Assembly (NCBI GenBank): GCA_965235115.1
Contig: OZ249440.1
Span: forward strand, 32,490,001 to 32,554,000
Source of the DNA: Laetmonice hystrix
Taxonomy: Eukaryota
Length of the DNA stretch: 64,000 nucleotides
Reading direction: 5' to 3'
Shown here piece after piece: positions 11,133 through 24,883 of this stretch. The stretch's first letter is position 1. Each line of letters begins with the position of its first letter. The notes under the pieces are model-generated. The model was not told the origin of the DNA. It worked only from the letters and a program-made list of their open reading frames with translations, and did no database searches. The position numbers were made by a program, and so were the translations under genes.

Positions 11133-13834
11133 AACTCTGACAAATCATTAACGAATCGTTTCTATGCCTAGTACCGGCGATCCTGGAGTATGGTGAATAA
11201 AGAAATGAATTGATTTAGTTGAATGATCTGTGCGTGTGGTTCGGGATGGTACCTCTTAGGCCAAGCGAGACTATAGAACAGGGGTTCTTAACCGGGGGGA
11301 AATTTCCCCCTGGGTGGAAATTTCTGGATGTCAGGGGGGAAATAGGAGCATCTGGTTAAAAAAAATTTTTTTATTATTCATGCCACAAACTAGGTCCTAT
11401 TTACCCCATCAGGGCCAGATTGAGCCCCTCAAATGTAAGAAGGTATAAAACATTACTAGCATAAGATTTCTTGAACTGACTTTTATATGCAGCTTAAGTT
11501 TTAATCAGTAAATCTTAAAAAAGATCACATCATTTCTCATACTCATATGTTCAGGTTGATGGGAAATCATTTTTGTACAGGGTGTAGGAGAGTCCGAAAT
11601 ACTTTATTTACCGAATTTCCGCTTTTTGCGGTTCGAAATTTGTGGTCTTCGGGATCGATGTAAATATGATGAGATTTCAAAAGCCCATATTTATAGGGGG
11701 GTTAGGGTGAAACCTATCCAAATCCATTCTAGGTGATATACCCTTAAAGGGAATAGAAAAGTTCAAACTATCAATATTCGGGTGTTCAGCATGAACAAGC
11801 TTGTTCTTACCTACAATTCTGTGATTATCCGATCTTTAATAAAGGAATAATCAACTGAAATGTAGAGACATTCTCCCGCTGGCTTCTTCGGTTTTTGGTT
11901 ACCCTATTTGGCCATTATCTCAATCTATTAATAGATATAGCTCCCGCTGTCTCGCGTGAGAAATAGCGAATGACCCAGGCGGTATTTTTAAAAAGTCGCC
12001 GTAGACAGTGTTCCACTTATCGGTGTGACTTTAGACACTTTATATGGTGTTACTGGTGTTCAAAGGTACGTGAGTGAGGAACCTTTGCTGTAGGTTTAAT
12101 ATCCCTCTCAAATGCCACCAAAATGCACTCAATTAATGTCAGGATTTTCGACGTCGATCACATCACATCGATGTGCATTGGCGGATCCGGGGGGGGAGGG
12201 CAAGGGGGCCTCCCCCCCCCCCTCCCAAAAAAAGGGGGAGGGGACCGATACCAGAGTCATTGGGCCGATGCTTACGCAAAATAGCAATAATATATCATAT
12301 AATAAAACCATTATTTTTATATAATATGTTCTAGGGGGTCGATTATGTGCCTACATTTGGATGATGCTAGGACCAGGGGGTCTAAAACTCGGGTGAGGGG
12401 GCCAATACCCGAGGCAGGGGGTCATTACTTAAGCAAAATAACCTAGGCCTAATATATCATGAAATATAATACATTTACTTTTGTATAGTAGGAGCCAGGG
12501 GGCCTGAAACTAGGCTGAGGGGGGGGGGGGCCGATACTTAGGCCTACGCAAAATAATATATCATATATGATATCACCGTTATATTTATATATTACTATGT
12601 TCCAGGGCCGGAGCCAATACTAGGGCCAGGAAGCCAATACTTGGGCCAGGGGGCCACAAACTAGGCTAAGGGGCGCCGATTCCAGAAGCAGGGAGTCTAT
12701 GGCATGCTTATGCAAAAATAGCAATAATCTATAATAATATAGGCCTACCATTATTTTTATATTAGGCAGGCCTATGTTCCAGGGGCCGCACTGGCAGATC
12801 CAGGGGGGTTTGGGGGTTCGACCCCCCTAAAATTTTGCAGATACACACATTTTAACTTATTGGGGTTCAAACATTACAATTTATTTTTCTTTCAGTCGCA
12901 AGATAAAAACCACTTAAATTTTTGTTTTGCCTCGCTACGCTCGTCATGATTTCATGCTATAGCCAAACTTGTTGTTGGACTTGAGGAGGCCCTTTTGCCC
13001 TTCGTCACATTGGTCATTGAATAGCGTATTTTGTGCTCCAAAATGCATCGGATTGCGACAAATTATACCTTGAATTTCAAGGAAGGCAAGGAAGGCTTCG
13101 CGTCTTCGGCGCTTGCACTTGCAGACGTCGCGCCTTCGGCGCTCGTACAGTCACGTCTGTGTCGCCCCTAAATAAATTTAGGAAGACTCGGCCTATGATG
13201 TGCGCGCGAATGTAATTTTTGTAATATATAATATGTAATATATATATATATGGGGCCTATTCTGGATTCAGGCTATTAGGCCTACTATTCGATAATAAGA
13301 CATCTTTTAAAACTCAAATGTACCATAAGCACACCTTGAAACTATCCTAATGTATTTAGCTAAATTATGATACTTTGATACTTATGCCAGCTGCACGACA
13401 AAACTATATTCCGTCCTTATCTGACGCTGTTTCCTTCTTGCACCTTCCACCAGGGCACGCGGTTCTATATAAGACAAGGAAACCCGGGGAATCCCCGACG
13501 TCGGAAATCACTCACACGTCGGCAGCGGATGATAAAATTGGTTGGTTGGTTTTTTTTTTTGGGGGGGGGGGGGTTGTGAATGACAAGTTCCAAGATATTG
13601 AAATGCGGATCATAATAGTGCGTCAAAGGCGCGAAACCTCGAGGGGTGTCGGTGAGGCCTACTCCAGAAAAAAATTGAAAAATAAAGTTCCGAATTTGTG
13701 TGTTTCTATCATCTGGGAACACTGCACGTAAATCGTTACACATAGGCAGCAAATGATAAAATTGTTTGGGGCGGGGGGGGGGGGGGGAGGTTGTGAATGA
13801 CATGGCCCAAGTTCCAAGATTCGAAATGCAGGTC

Positions 13835-15177
13835 TAGCCTTGTTCCGCGACCTACTGGTGTAGGTCTTGCACAAAGGTTTACGTCATCACCCACAATCCT
13901 TTGCGCTCAGATGTAAACAAACCATGTGAGCCTGTGCAGGCAGAAAAGGCGATCGTGTGCGCGGAAAAAAGAGAAAATAAGTAGCACTAACAGTTTATTA
14001 TTTATAATTAACTATTAGAATATTGTTAAAATGTTTACACACTTCACCGATTCAACCTTAAGGTCAAAGTTTGAGAGTTAATGGGAGGAATTGTAAAGAA
14101 AACGAGAAGTATCGGGTGACCCCCATTGGTCGACGGAGTAGTCTGATGGGTTCGTTTCATGTTTGAATTCCTCTAAAATTTTACTGCAGCTTGACATATG
14201 GCTGAAAATTTGGTAAATCACAGAGGGGAAGTACCCCTCTGTCGCATTTCGTCTCATGACAGCGACCATAAGGTTCGGAACGAATATACGGCGTATGAGC
14301 CTGACGCGATTTGAGCTCGTCACTTGACTGAGCCCGCCGACCCAGCGAGGGTCCCGTCAAAGCAGACGGTAGCGGCGCTCTGGTGCTGGTTGGTGTAGGT
14401 CAGCCAATTATAATTCAATTCTCAGCAATTATCTAAAAGATCCTAGATCCGCCTAGATCAACAAGTCCCGGCCGAAAGGACCGGCCGAGGCCCCCTACAA
14501 GCCCCGGCAGCGAGCGAACGGCCGGCGGGCCCGCGGCAGTTTGAGCGACTAACGCTCTCTCCTCACTGGACGCGTGCGACGCGAGCGACGCGCGCGTTTA
14601 TTTTAATAGTAATCTAAATGAATGGAACCATCTGCACTAGCCGCGCGCGACGCGCGCGACATTTTTTGTGACGCGCTCCATTCATTTCCATTACTTCTTT
14701 AAAAAAACGCGCGCGTCGCTCGCGTCGCACGCGTCCAGTGAGGATACAGCTTAAGCGAGCGGGCGAATAACTGGCCACCGCTCCCTCGCTCACCCCGGGC
14801 ACAGCCCCAGGCAAGCTTGGCAGCCCCCGGGATCATTCGCGGCGGGCTCAAGTGACGTGATACCAGCAGTGGTACAAGGACTTGGAGGCGTCCAGCCCAC
14901 CAAGTATAGCGGGGGACAAGGAAAGATGATGGGAGCTATAATATAGCCATAGGTGATATGAGATGTAAAATCAAATTATTGCGGCCATATAGGCCTACCA
15001 CTCCAACAAAAACTTACCATATTTGGGGTGATTGCAGCAGCTAGATCGTTACCGCTAGATCGACTCGACCAGTCCACGTGCTTTTGTTTACTTCCGGACG
15101 AGCGATGACGTAAACCTTTGTGCCTAGCCTACCGTGTGTGCCTAGCGCCACCTACACGGGAGGCGGGAACCAAGCTA
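13835..15177. mobile_element. TAG...CTA element (Academ-like)
   Basis: TAGCCTTGTTCC / GGAACCAAGCTA termini; internal inverted repeat CACAAAGGTTTACGTCATC; 10-bp TSD AATGCAGGTC / AATGCGGGTC. Confidence 0.8.
14553..14751. mobile_element. Palindromic PIF/Harbinger-like MITE
   Basis: About 40-bp perfect inverted arms TCCTCACTGGACGCGTGCGACGCGAGCGACGCGCGCGTTT; TAA TSD. Confidence 0.85.
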
Positions 15178-15938
15178 AATGCGGGTCATGCTATATATAG
15201 CGCCGAAGGCGTGAAGCCTTGAAGGAGGCAGGTGCGTCTGGGGTGCTCCCCCAGAAAAAAATGAAAAAGAAAGTGCCAAATACACGTTTTCCTGGCATCT
15301 GGGAACAAAATCCAACAACCCGGGAGAGGGGGGGGGGGGTCAAAAGGTTTCCGCGCCGGGGGGGGGGGCCTCCGACTGAAAATGTTTGGGAATGTAAAAG
15401 GCCATATAGATGCTATTTCTTGGCTTTTCAGCGTCAAACTAAAGAGCTTTGGGTGCCGACCTTTTGGTCAAAATTAATGTATTGGTAGAGGATCCAGGGG
15501 GCTCAGTCCCCTTAGATTTCCTTTTTTGTATGAAGATGCATTATAGTACAGCCACAATGAAATCATGCCAAGCATAGTGAGGCACACATTTTTTTAAGGT
15601 AAGCACCACCCCCTTATCAAATTCCTGGATAATTAAGGTATGAATCAGTAGGGGATCCGAGGGGGCTGAGCCCCCTTAGATTTTCCTTCTTTGTATGAAG
15701 CTGCATTAGTACAGCTACAATGAAACCATGCCGAGCATAGCGAGGGAAAAAAGGGAGGGATTCCCCACTGATTAATGCATGTTTACTGGAAAGAGAGGGG
15801 GAATGGCCGAGAGCAGGGGGGTCACGACCCCCCCCCCCCCCGCTGGATCCTCGCCTGCAACCATAATGTATATAAAAAGGGAGGACTTTGGCGCCTCAGA
15901 TTCAGTTTTTTTTTCTCTATTTTTAATTGGTTTAAAAT

Positions 15939-16750
15939 ATGAGCTCGACGGCAACGACGGGATCATTTATGAAGGAGAAACGAGGATGGTACATGTGGCA
16001 GGAACCCTCGACTATTCATTACAGAATCCAGGTAATACTGTGTTGCCGGTCAGTATCTGGGTGGAAATCCAATGTTTACATCATTAGTCATTCGGAAACC
16101 GCCATATTAGTTCGTATCAGGATCATGCACAACGGAAGTGACGGAAAGGAGATGAGGTGATCCAGAGGGTATAAATAGGACCGCACAGACGTAGTTGAGT
16201 CCTCTGCAACAGTCGACGCCAACGGACGGTCGTCCCACCTCCTCCCCGACTCCTCCGTCTTCATCTTTGTGGAGAATGTCGTGTACGGTCATCCGGGCTC
16301 ATTCGCCGGGGTTGTCATGCTGGGGCAGGGTTAAGGGTAGGGTCACCGGGGTCAGTGTGGTCTGCCCGGTTTTGGGGGTTTGGGGTTGGTTTATGTTGGG
16401 AGGCTTCTTTTTCTTTTCTCAGGGATTTGTGTTGTTTAGCCTATGTCGTCTCCACCTAATAAGGCAGATCTATGATTGCGATAAGTATAAATTATACCTC
16501 AAATGTAAACATATATAAAGGAATAGTGTGCTGGCTAATGTAATGTAATATATTTCAATTTCATTGTATATAGAGTCCCCTCAGGGGGATTATCTGAGTT
16601 GAACTTTATTATATATAATCCCGTTCTAGGGGTTTACAGCTTTATACTTCACTGTATATAGTGTCCCCTCATAGGGGATCGACGGGTTACGAGGGAAAAT
16701 AAATGTAACCTACAATACCATCCTCCTCTTTGAGTTTTGACTTCATAAAT
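15939..16750 (+). mobile_element. Solo A-B unit of a related Ngaro/DIRS-like element
   Basis: Same module order as 56444-57198 (GAGCT spacer, TTTATG, TATAAAT, C-rich, G-rich, CCCC...GGGGATCGACGGGTTA, AATAAATGTAACC); ends in GAGTTTTGACTTCATAAAT; AAAT at both borders. Confidence 0.5.
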
Positions 16751-17187
16751 GCCTTTTACAGGATCAGTAGACATATTCCAGAGTTTAGGTTATAGTATGT
16801 TGTCCCTGCAGCGGACCTCGGGGGATTTTGGATTGGGGGGGGGGGGGGGGGGGGGGTGCGAGCGTAGCCGTCGCACCGCCCCTTGGCTACACGCCTTGCT
16901 GGACCCCCACGCCGAATGGTTGACCTCCATAACCCCCTGGAGACCCTATCTGCCTGTTAGGGCTATAATGAATGCCGCTATCATTGTAGTTAATTGAGAC
17001 ACAAGCGCCCCCCTCCCAATATTTTCAGTGTTGCCAGTAATAGATCTAATTATCCTACTTTAGGCCTACCAGGGAGAATCTCGGATCTGTTCTACGAGCT
17101 CCCTCAATAATTCAATAGAAATTAATTATCTAGCTCCCTCAATAATTTGATGGAAATTACGGGCCTGCCTCATCAGATATCCCATCA

Positions 17188-18743
17188 CACTGAAAACACA
17201 GACTCGTCAAAAGGTCGTCAAATAAACAAGTTTTGGCTTGTCAATCTGACGGTGCCTAAAACAAGCTTTAACTCGTCACCTTGTCAAAAACTACTGTAAC
17301 TTGTCAAAAAGTTGTCAACTAGAGACTTGTCAAAAGGTCGTCAAATAAACAAGTTTTGGCTTGTCAATCTGACGGTGCCTAAAACAACAAGTTTTAATTC
17401 GTCACCAACTTGTCAAAAACTCCATACTCCGTACTCCATAAATCATGGACCTGTAGTCCATGCCAATGTCTGGAAAAAAAGTCTGCAACACATTGAGAAG
17501 AAAAACGTTCAATTAAAGGTTTTTAAGACAAAACAAACAACTTGACAGATGGAGATAGTAAAATTCCTGTATTTCACATTTTCCTTATATACACTGCTTT
17601 AACACTGGGATATCCTTTATAACTAATAACATAGCGAGTCTGCCTTTTTAACTTTAAGACATCATCATGCTTGTTCTTCCACGGCTTCTTCTCAGTCCTG
17701 AAATACAAAAGTATAAAATGTTAAGAATACCGGTATTAGGTTCTGGACATGTTATTATGTTATTTTTAATTGCCGAGCCAAGCCGAGTGGGTTATCCTGG
17801 GTAAAGATGCTTAATCAAAAAAATTCATGTCATTTAAAGAAACTGACCTTGCTTATCTTGGCCGACCCTGTTAATTCGAGGAGGTTGTCTATAACTGGGG
17901 GGGGGGGGGGGTCCATCCCCCAAATATGAGGAGGGGCTCGATTATGATTCCCGCCCCCATTATCAGGACTGCCACCCACCCAACCCGGAACTACAAAATG
18001 GCCCTACGCTAGTGCCTTAGGGGCCTTAGGTCATCATCCAATGTAACGCTGTCTACTGTCGGGCTTTGTGCAAGAAGCCTATTTTCGATCGATACATTTT
18101 AGGGGCATCTTTCTATTCTTCACAAAAATTAATATCCCACCTGAGTCTAAAGAACATTCTGCTATGATATACAGATAATCTGACACAATATAACATCATT
18201 TATATACCAGATTCAGGGGCGGATCCAGGGGGGGTTCGAGTGGTACGAACCCCCCCCCCCCCCCCCCCAACTCAAAAAATATAAAAAAATATAAATAGAG
18301 TGCCTAATGCCCGTATGCCTTTGATTTTGTTCCCAGATGCCAGGAAAACGCGTATTTGGCACTTTAATTTTCAATTTCTTCTGGGGGAGGGCCCCCAGAC
18401 CCCCCACTCGAAGGTTCGCGCCTTCGGCGCTCGCATGATATATGGGGACTATTAGAAAATGAAACGAAATTCGAACCCCCCCTTGCAAAATCCTGGATCC
18501 GCCCCTGAGATTACTCAGATTAAGCAGTGCTTACCTTCTTTCGTGTGCTCTAACTCCTGTCGGCATCCGTTACGAAAGTGTAAAACACGTGTCAAGCAAG
18601 CGACATTCTAAGCAGTTACAACGGACTTTATGACGAGTTTGTGACAATGACCTTGTCAATAGTTTGTCAGTGTCCTTGACGAGGCTAAATTTGTCACTTC
18701 GACCAGTATGTGACGAATCCTTGACGACCTAAAGTTTTCAGTG
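17188..18743. mobile_element. CACTA/EnSpm (CMC)-like non-autonomous element
   Basis: TIR CACTGAAAAC; 2-bp TSD CA; subterminal TTGTCAA/GTCGTCAA repeats at both ends. Confidence 0.72.
18214..18507. mobile_element. hAT5-like G/C-run MITE
   Basis: TIR CAGGGGCGGATCCAGG; 5-bp TSD AGATT. Confidence 0.82.
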
Positions 18744-19041
18744 CACTGGATGTCCAGTTGGATAGGCGACTTTCCCCTTCTGCTCCACCATTGTGTCTAT
18801 CTTCTCGCTTGGCGCGTGTGCCTGGCCCTTCAACGTGTATTTGTTTATGTGTGACGTCATTTTTCTGACAATATTTGGGGATTGGCCTGTGTAAGGATCG
18901 GATTGCGCACACCAAAACCGGGATGGCACCGACTGTCTTTTGAGCCAGTGACCTAGCTAAGACCCGGCACAAGTGGCACTAAGAAACCCGTATTGTGCAG
19001 GTTTGCTGCACACTCCTTTCATGGTCCAAAGTTAGGCCCGT

Positions 19042-20970
19042 GTGTAACAACCCACTTTGAAAAAATTACGCACTTTGAAAAATTTTTCAAAGCGCGTTAA
19101 CATTTGGAACCAACTCAACACACTTTGAAAAAAAATTTCAAAGTGCGTTAAACTTTGGGGCCACCTCAACGCACTTTGAATTTTTTTTCAAAGTGCGTTA
19201 AACTTTTGGTCCACTTCAACGCACTTTGAAATTGTTTTTCAAACTGCGTTAAAAAAGTACATCAACAAAATATTTCACTTCGTGGCACTGCCTTTTGGCC
19301 AAAAAAAAGAGAGTTTCGTTTCTTGTCCTTTCATATAAAAAATTTGGTGCGGTGACGCGGGTTTTTTTTCCATCTTTCTTTTTTTTTGGGATGCAACTAG
19401 ACAACGGCCGATTCTTCGAATGCAATTGCTGTTGGGTACATGAAGAAATCTTGAAGAAAAGACTAAATGCACTGATGTTCAATGTTTTCATTAAAGAATG
19501 TGTAAAACTCACATAAAACGCAATAAGACTAAAAGAAAAACGCCAACGCCAAAGAACCGTTGCAACCTTCTGTCACAGCGCTACACTGCCCACCATATAA
19601 GGCAGTCGGATTTGAAAAAAAAAGACTTGACGGAGGGGGGGTTTTAGGGGATGCGCGCGGGGACAAGAAACGAATCTTTTTTTTTTTTTGGCCTTACCTA
19701 TTTCTTGTCATATACGGCTATTTTATAATTTAAAAAAATGGCAATTCCAGCTCGGTTATACATTCATTAATGGGATAACGAGGTGTTTTTGTTAAAAATT
19801 GGCAGAAATTAGCATTCGATTCAAGGCAAACTGGACGGACTGGAAATAACCTCAAAATTATCGGATCATCCATGTTGTGACATTTCCGTCGGGATCGGGG
19901 GTCATGCTGCTCATCGTATGGGTAGTCGTTTTTGGGGCGTCGTCTTAGTGAATCGCCTTAGTGGATATGGCCCCAAGGATGTTTTAGGAATTTCTCGCTG
20001 ACAATGCCTACGACAAAATTGTCTCAATGGTAAAACTGTATCATGTTCCGTTATCTATAAGGCCAAAAAAAAAAATAGATTCGTTTCTTGTCCCCGCGCG
20101 CGTCACCTAAAAACCCCCGCGTCAAGTCTTTTTTTTTCAAATCCGACTGCTTCATATGGTGGGCAGTGTAGCGCTGTGACAGAACGTTGCAACGGTTCTT
20201 TGGCGTTGGCGTTTTTCTGTTAGTCTTGTTGATTTTATGTGAGTTTTACACATTCTAAAACATTGAACATCATTGCATTAGTCTTTTCTTCAAGATTTAT
20301 GTACCCAACAGCAATTGCATTCGAAGAATCGGCCGTTGTCTAGTTGCATCCAAAAAAAAAAAGAAAGATGAAAAAAAAAAAAAACCGCGTCACCGCACCA
20401 CTTTTTTTATATGAAAGGACAAGAAACGAAACTTTTTTTTTTTTTGGCCTAATGCACGAACCAGTCTTGGAACTTAAACAGCTTCCATTGATCATGGCAG
20501 CGCCTGATATACATTTGAGGCGTTTCTCCTTGAAAAGCCCGACAAGTTGGGATTGCATAGGCCTATAGATCCTGACTGTTTTCCTGGCATCTGGGAACAA
20601 AAACCAAAGCCTGAGAGTCAGCTAAATATTGCAAAGGTTTTTATTGAAATACGTGATGTAGGGCCTAAAGTCAGACCGTTTTTTCCATGCGTGGGGCTCT
20701 TAGGCTGTCTACGAAGAACATTCATCTAAAATGCAAAAGCCACCATGAACCAATCTTTCTTTAAGTTAAATTTTTCAAAGGGCGTCACGATGGCTGTTGT
20801 TAACGCACTTTGAAAAAAAAATCTTTTTTTTTCAAAGTGCGTTGAGGTGGACCCACATTTTAACGCACTTTGAAAAAATTTTTCAAAGTGCGTCGAGCTG
20901 GTCCCAAATGTTAACCCACTTTAAAAATTTTTTTCAAAGTGCGTAATTTTTTCAAAGTGGGTTGTTACAC
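19042..20970. mobile_element. Non-autonomous DNA transposon with repeat-rich inverted arms, hosting two inverted MITE copies
   Basis: TIR GTGTAACAACCCACTTTGAAAAAATTACGCACTTTG; 4-bp TSD CCGT; internal ~400-bp GGCCAAAA..TTTTGGCC units at 19297-19694 and 20061-20449 in opposite orientation. Confidence 0.8.
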
Positions 20971-23900
20971 CCGTGGCTTGCCTTGTGACTATGAAACCGG
21001 CCCCTGGTCCATCTTTGCCAGAATCTCAGACTAAGCATAACGAAGGGTTTACCAGTTTACCTCCCCCAACCCACGGACAAACACAATACCATAATCATTG
21101 GTCATAACACCTGCAGGACCCTATTTCTCCCTCATCGAGTGCTCCTGACGGGATTAACGGAAGCTGGGCTTATGACCTGTGTATATATGTATTGACACTT
21201 AAAAGAAAAGACCACAGCCAGTCTGTACAGGCCAGGCACACAGGCCGTGATATTCTAAGCAAGTTAAAAAATATTTGAACACAATTGGTGCTCAAATAGT
21301 TAAGATATAAGCACTTCAGTGCCAGAGCCTGCTTAGAACCTGCTCCGCTGGTCATGGCGGCCATAGCTGTCTGCTTGGGCTAATCTCTTGGTCTAATCTC
21401 ACTTTGCGCATGCTCCAACCACTGCTCTCCAGTTTGGGAGGAACGAAAAACTGACGCACCTATGGAATACCGGCGACGACATGCGAGATGCGGGACAGTG
21501 TGTTTCGGTTAGGGTAAAGGTTAGGCCTAGGGTAGCCTCTAACATAGGCTGTGTGTATACACGGCCTATCCTCTAGCGATCGGGCTACGAGACCAAACGT
21601 TCAACCCGCAAAATGAATGTGCGTCCTCACCTGTTCCATCACTTCAAATAAAAGATTGCCTTTACCTTCAGCTACTGAGCCCAATGAACTTACTTGGTGT
21701 TCCTCTAAGCAACAGATTCGGCCAATTTTCCAAACCAAGCGACCACTTTCCATAGTCTTACAACCGGCGCCATTTTTTTAAACCCACATCCGGGGTCAAG
21801 CTCACGAAGGGAGCAGTCATTTCAGACGTTGGCTACAGGTTGTGGGCGGCGGACCGCATCCAGACAGTGCCCAGCACATCAGGAATCGCTCGCTGCTCGC
21901 CAGAGCCTAGCCCTAGCCTTGGGGAATATCGATTCTTTACTGTCCAATTTAGCAAACCATCTGCAAGATCTTGTAAATAGATCTATTTGTTTTCTGTTTA
22001 TTAATAATAATATTATACTGCAAGACAATGTAACATTGTGCTGGGGATCAAAGAAAACCAGCGGTGCCGATGAACCCCAGCTGGAGGCAGGGTAAATTTT
22101 TTTTTTTTAATTAAAAAAAAGAGATAAGGCTCTAAAATAGCCTAAATTACCTAAGCTCGGGGGTTTGTCACGTTTGAGCTTTACCTCTCCTGTACCCCCA
22201 ACCAGATCCTCTGTTTAACCACTGTGCTGGCAATGCAAATTCTGGTACATTTTATTTCCAGGTTATGTTGAAGATTGTCTTCAAACAGTCCTGCCCCTCA
22301 TTGACAAGCCTCAAAAACGTGTTTGTACACTGGCTGCTGCAACCTGACAAATGGACAGTCATCAGGGAGAAGAGATCACGTTTTGCCAAGCCTAGGACTA
22401 CAAAGGAAGGCATAATAAAAAAAGAAGAACCAAAGTGTAGCCTATACATTGTCGCTATGGTCTCTTTTCTTTCACATTCCAGGTTTAAATAGTGTAAAAG
22501 AAATCCGTAAGTTGTTAACCTTCAAATACGGTACATTGAAACCAAAATATTCTTGGAAAAAGGTATTTCTAACAATTTGGTGAAAATTTTCTGATGACAG
22601 TTAAAAAGAGCTATATTATAATACTACTATATATTCCTATCAAACACTGCAAAACATAAACTCAACTCAAAAGGAACAACCAGTATAATAAAACTGATTT
22701 TTGTAATTCTTGTAAATGGCCTGTTGTAAAATGTTCTATGAAATATACCGTGTATGGTGCCATCAAAACTATTGTGCCATAAATAATGCCTGTCCTAGGC
22801 CCACATAACCAGGTTTTTAAGCCCAAAAAATGTCAAGAAAGTTGTCTAAAACCGAACATCACATTGTAAGAATTAGAAATTGAGCAGTGTTCATAAATAA
22901 ATAAAATTCTGATGATACGGGCACGTGGCCTATAAAGTATAATTAATCAACATATGGACGCCGCGACGTGGCATAGAGTTAGTTATAAATGTGCTAAAAC
23001 TCCAGCAATTGTTGTAGAACCATCACATCAAGGCAAACTGGCCTAAATCCAGGATGGAGTGTAATACATGATGGTAGGGCTACACTTCCTTTCCCTAACT
23101 CATCTAACTTTGCTACAGTTTTGAGGATGCAGGGACTGATTCTGGTACGTGTACTGGGGGGGGGGGGGGGGGGTTATTTGTACTTCATGTTGTAAGTATT
23201 ATCTGTGTCAATTTGTGTATGATGGGGTAAATCAGCAATGTGTATCTATAAATGAAAAATAAAAAAAATATTTTAAACAAATAAAAAGGAAAATCTCCTG
23301 CATAACTCGGAGGGATAATCCCCCCCCCCCAATCAACCTGCAGAGCAACCTTTATTTTAAAAGCAGGCAAGCAACCGTGGCTATGATATAAAATCTTACC
23401 AATCCTCCCTTACGATGTTCAGTATTTTCAAAAGTATACATTTTTGCTCAGAAAACACGTTTCTGCAATAGCTGGAATTCCTGTAGCTTCGTAGCGTTCG
23501 TCAGACCCGAAGCGTACTGCCCTGGCCTGGGAAGGGGAGCTAAAGTACATTAGCTACACTCTCTCAGTGACAGTTTCTGGTCAAGCCTTGGCCAGTCGCC
23601 GGACCAGCTGCATGGCAGCTCTACCTTTTAGCAGGCGTAGCAGCCAGGTATGAGGTTTGTCTGCACACGGTGACAGCATAGATAAAAGAAAAGTGTAGCC
23701 CCACACTCAGCCAGGCCTATCATTATTTATTATAGGACATAATCAAAATTACTAGACAAATCTCTCTGCTTGTCCTCAGAGTCAGGCTCGTCCTCGCCCT
23801 CGGCTCAGCTTCAGCCCGGCTCAGGTCGGCCCAGGACGACGGTCACGTTGCCGGGCGTGCGCCTCCAACTTTGCGCTAGCCTAGGCCTAGACTAGAGTAG

Positions 23901-24792
23901 GCCTAGTACTAGAGTCTATTCTGACTCATATCAAACATAATACCGTTCTGGCCCTCTGCACTAGTCTTCGGAAAATAACATTCTTCTTTCCTAGAATCCC
24001 TCAAAACTAGAACCCCTCTCTTTCTCCCCCTCCTCACTGAAGCTTGGGCCTAGCGCGGCTGTCACTGTAACGCGTACTAGCTCGGTAGGCTATTCCAAAC
24101 CCAGCACTGCACAGGGCCGTGCCCGGGGGAGGGGGAGACCCCCCACCCACCCACCCCCCCCCCCCAGGTGCCAAAAAATTCTCTCTTTTTTACGGTTTTT
24201 AGGCCTAGGTCCTAACTAATACATGTACTTGGATCCGTCCACTGTAACCCCCTCACCCGCACCAATCTTCTCTGGCTGGCCACATCCATGGCCCTGCCCA
24301 GCCTCCCTCGTCGTCACTCACTGTCACTGCCTCACTGTCTGGTGCTAGCGGCTCATGCATAATTATAAATTATATAATATATGGGCCTACAACAGAATCT
24401 TCCACGGCATCCCCCTTATCTTTTTCTGGAAAAAGCCATTCTGTGTCAGAATCGGACTTCTTCAAGTTCTTGCTTCCCGTGCCTGCACCATTGCTACGCC
24501 TACGTCCCCCTAGGAAGTGTTCTGGCTATGACGTCACGGGTCATTCAGAGGCTACTTCCGGTAGCAATCGCAAGGTGTTGCAGCTAATATTCGTTTTTTC
24601 ATTAATTATGAGAATTACGTGCTGCTGATTACATCAATTACTAAAGAATATTATTATGATGGTGGTTTACGTTGGAAAAGGTAAATAAACCAGCCTATAC
24701 AGTGGAGACTTTGCACAAGCGCTTTAAATAGGAAACGGAGTCGCATATATCACACCCACGAGTACTTCAAAGGACATGTATTAAATACTTAC

Positions 24793-24883
24793 CCCACTTC
24801 CCACGCGCTTCTTCAGGAAATCGATGTCAATCCAGCTGACCCGCCACACCATCTGCTGCAGAGCAGACTCCAGCTTACGGCGT
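24793..24883 (-). CDS. Receptor guanylyl cyclase, exon F (intracellular juxtamembrane)
   Basis: ccag|...|gtaagt; 91 nt, phase 2/0; RRKLESALQQMVWRVSWIDIDFLKKRVGSG, resembling the NPR 'LE-x-EL...LWRV-x-WED' segment. Confidence 0.92.

Noticed and set aside
17640..18600. Apparent minus-strand splice sites (donor near 18533, acceptor near 17698)
   Set aside because: Inside the CACT-ended element, with no similarity to the receptor; exons F and G already join in frame.
22185..22343. Exon-like segment with AG/GT boundaries on the minus strand
   Set aside because: Stop codons in all three frames.
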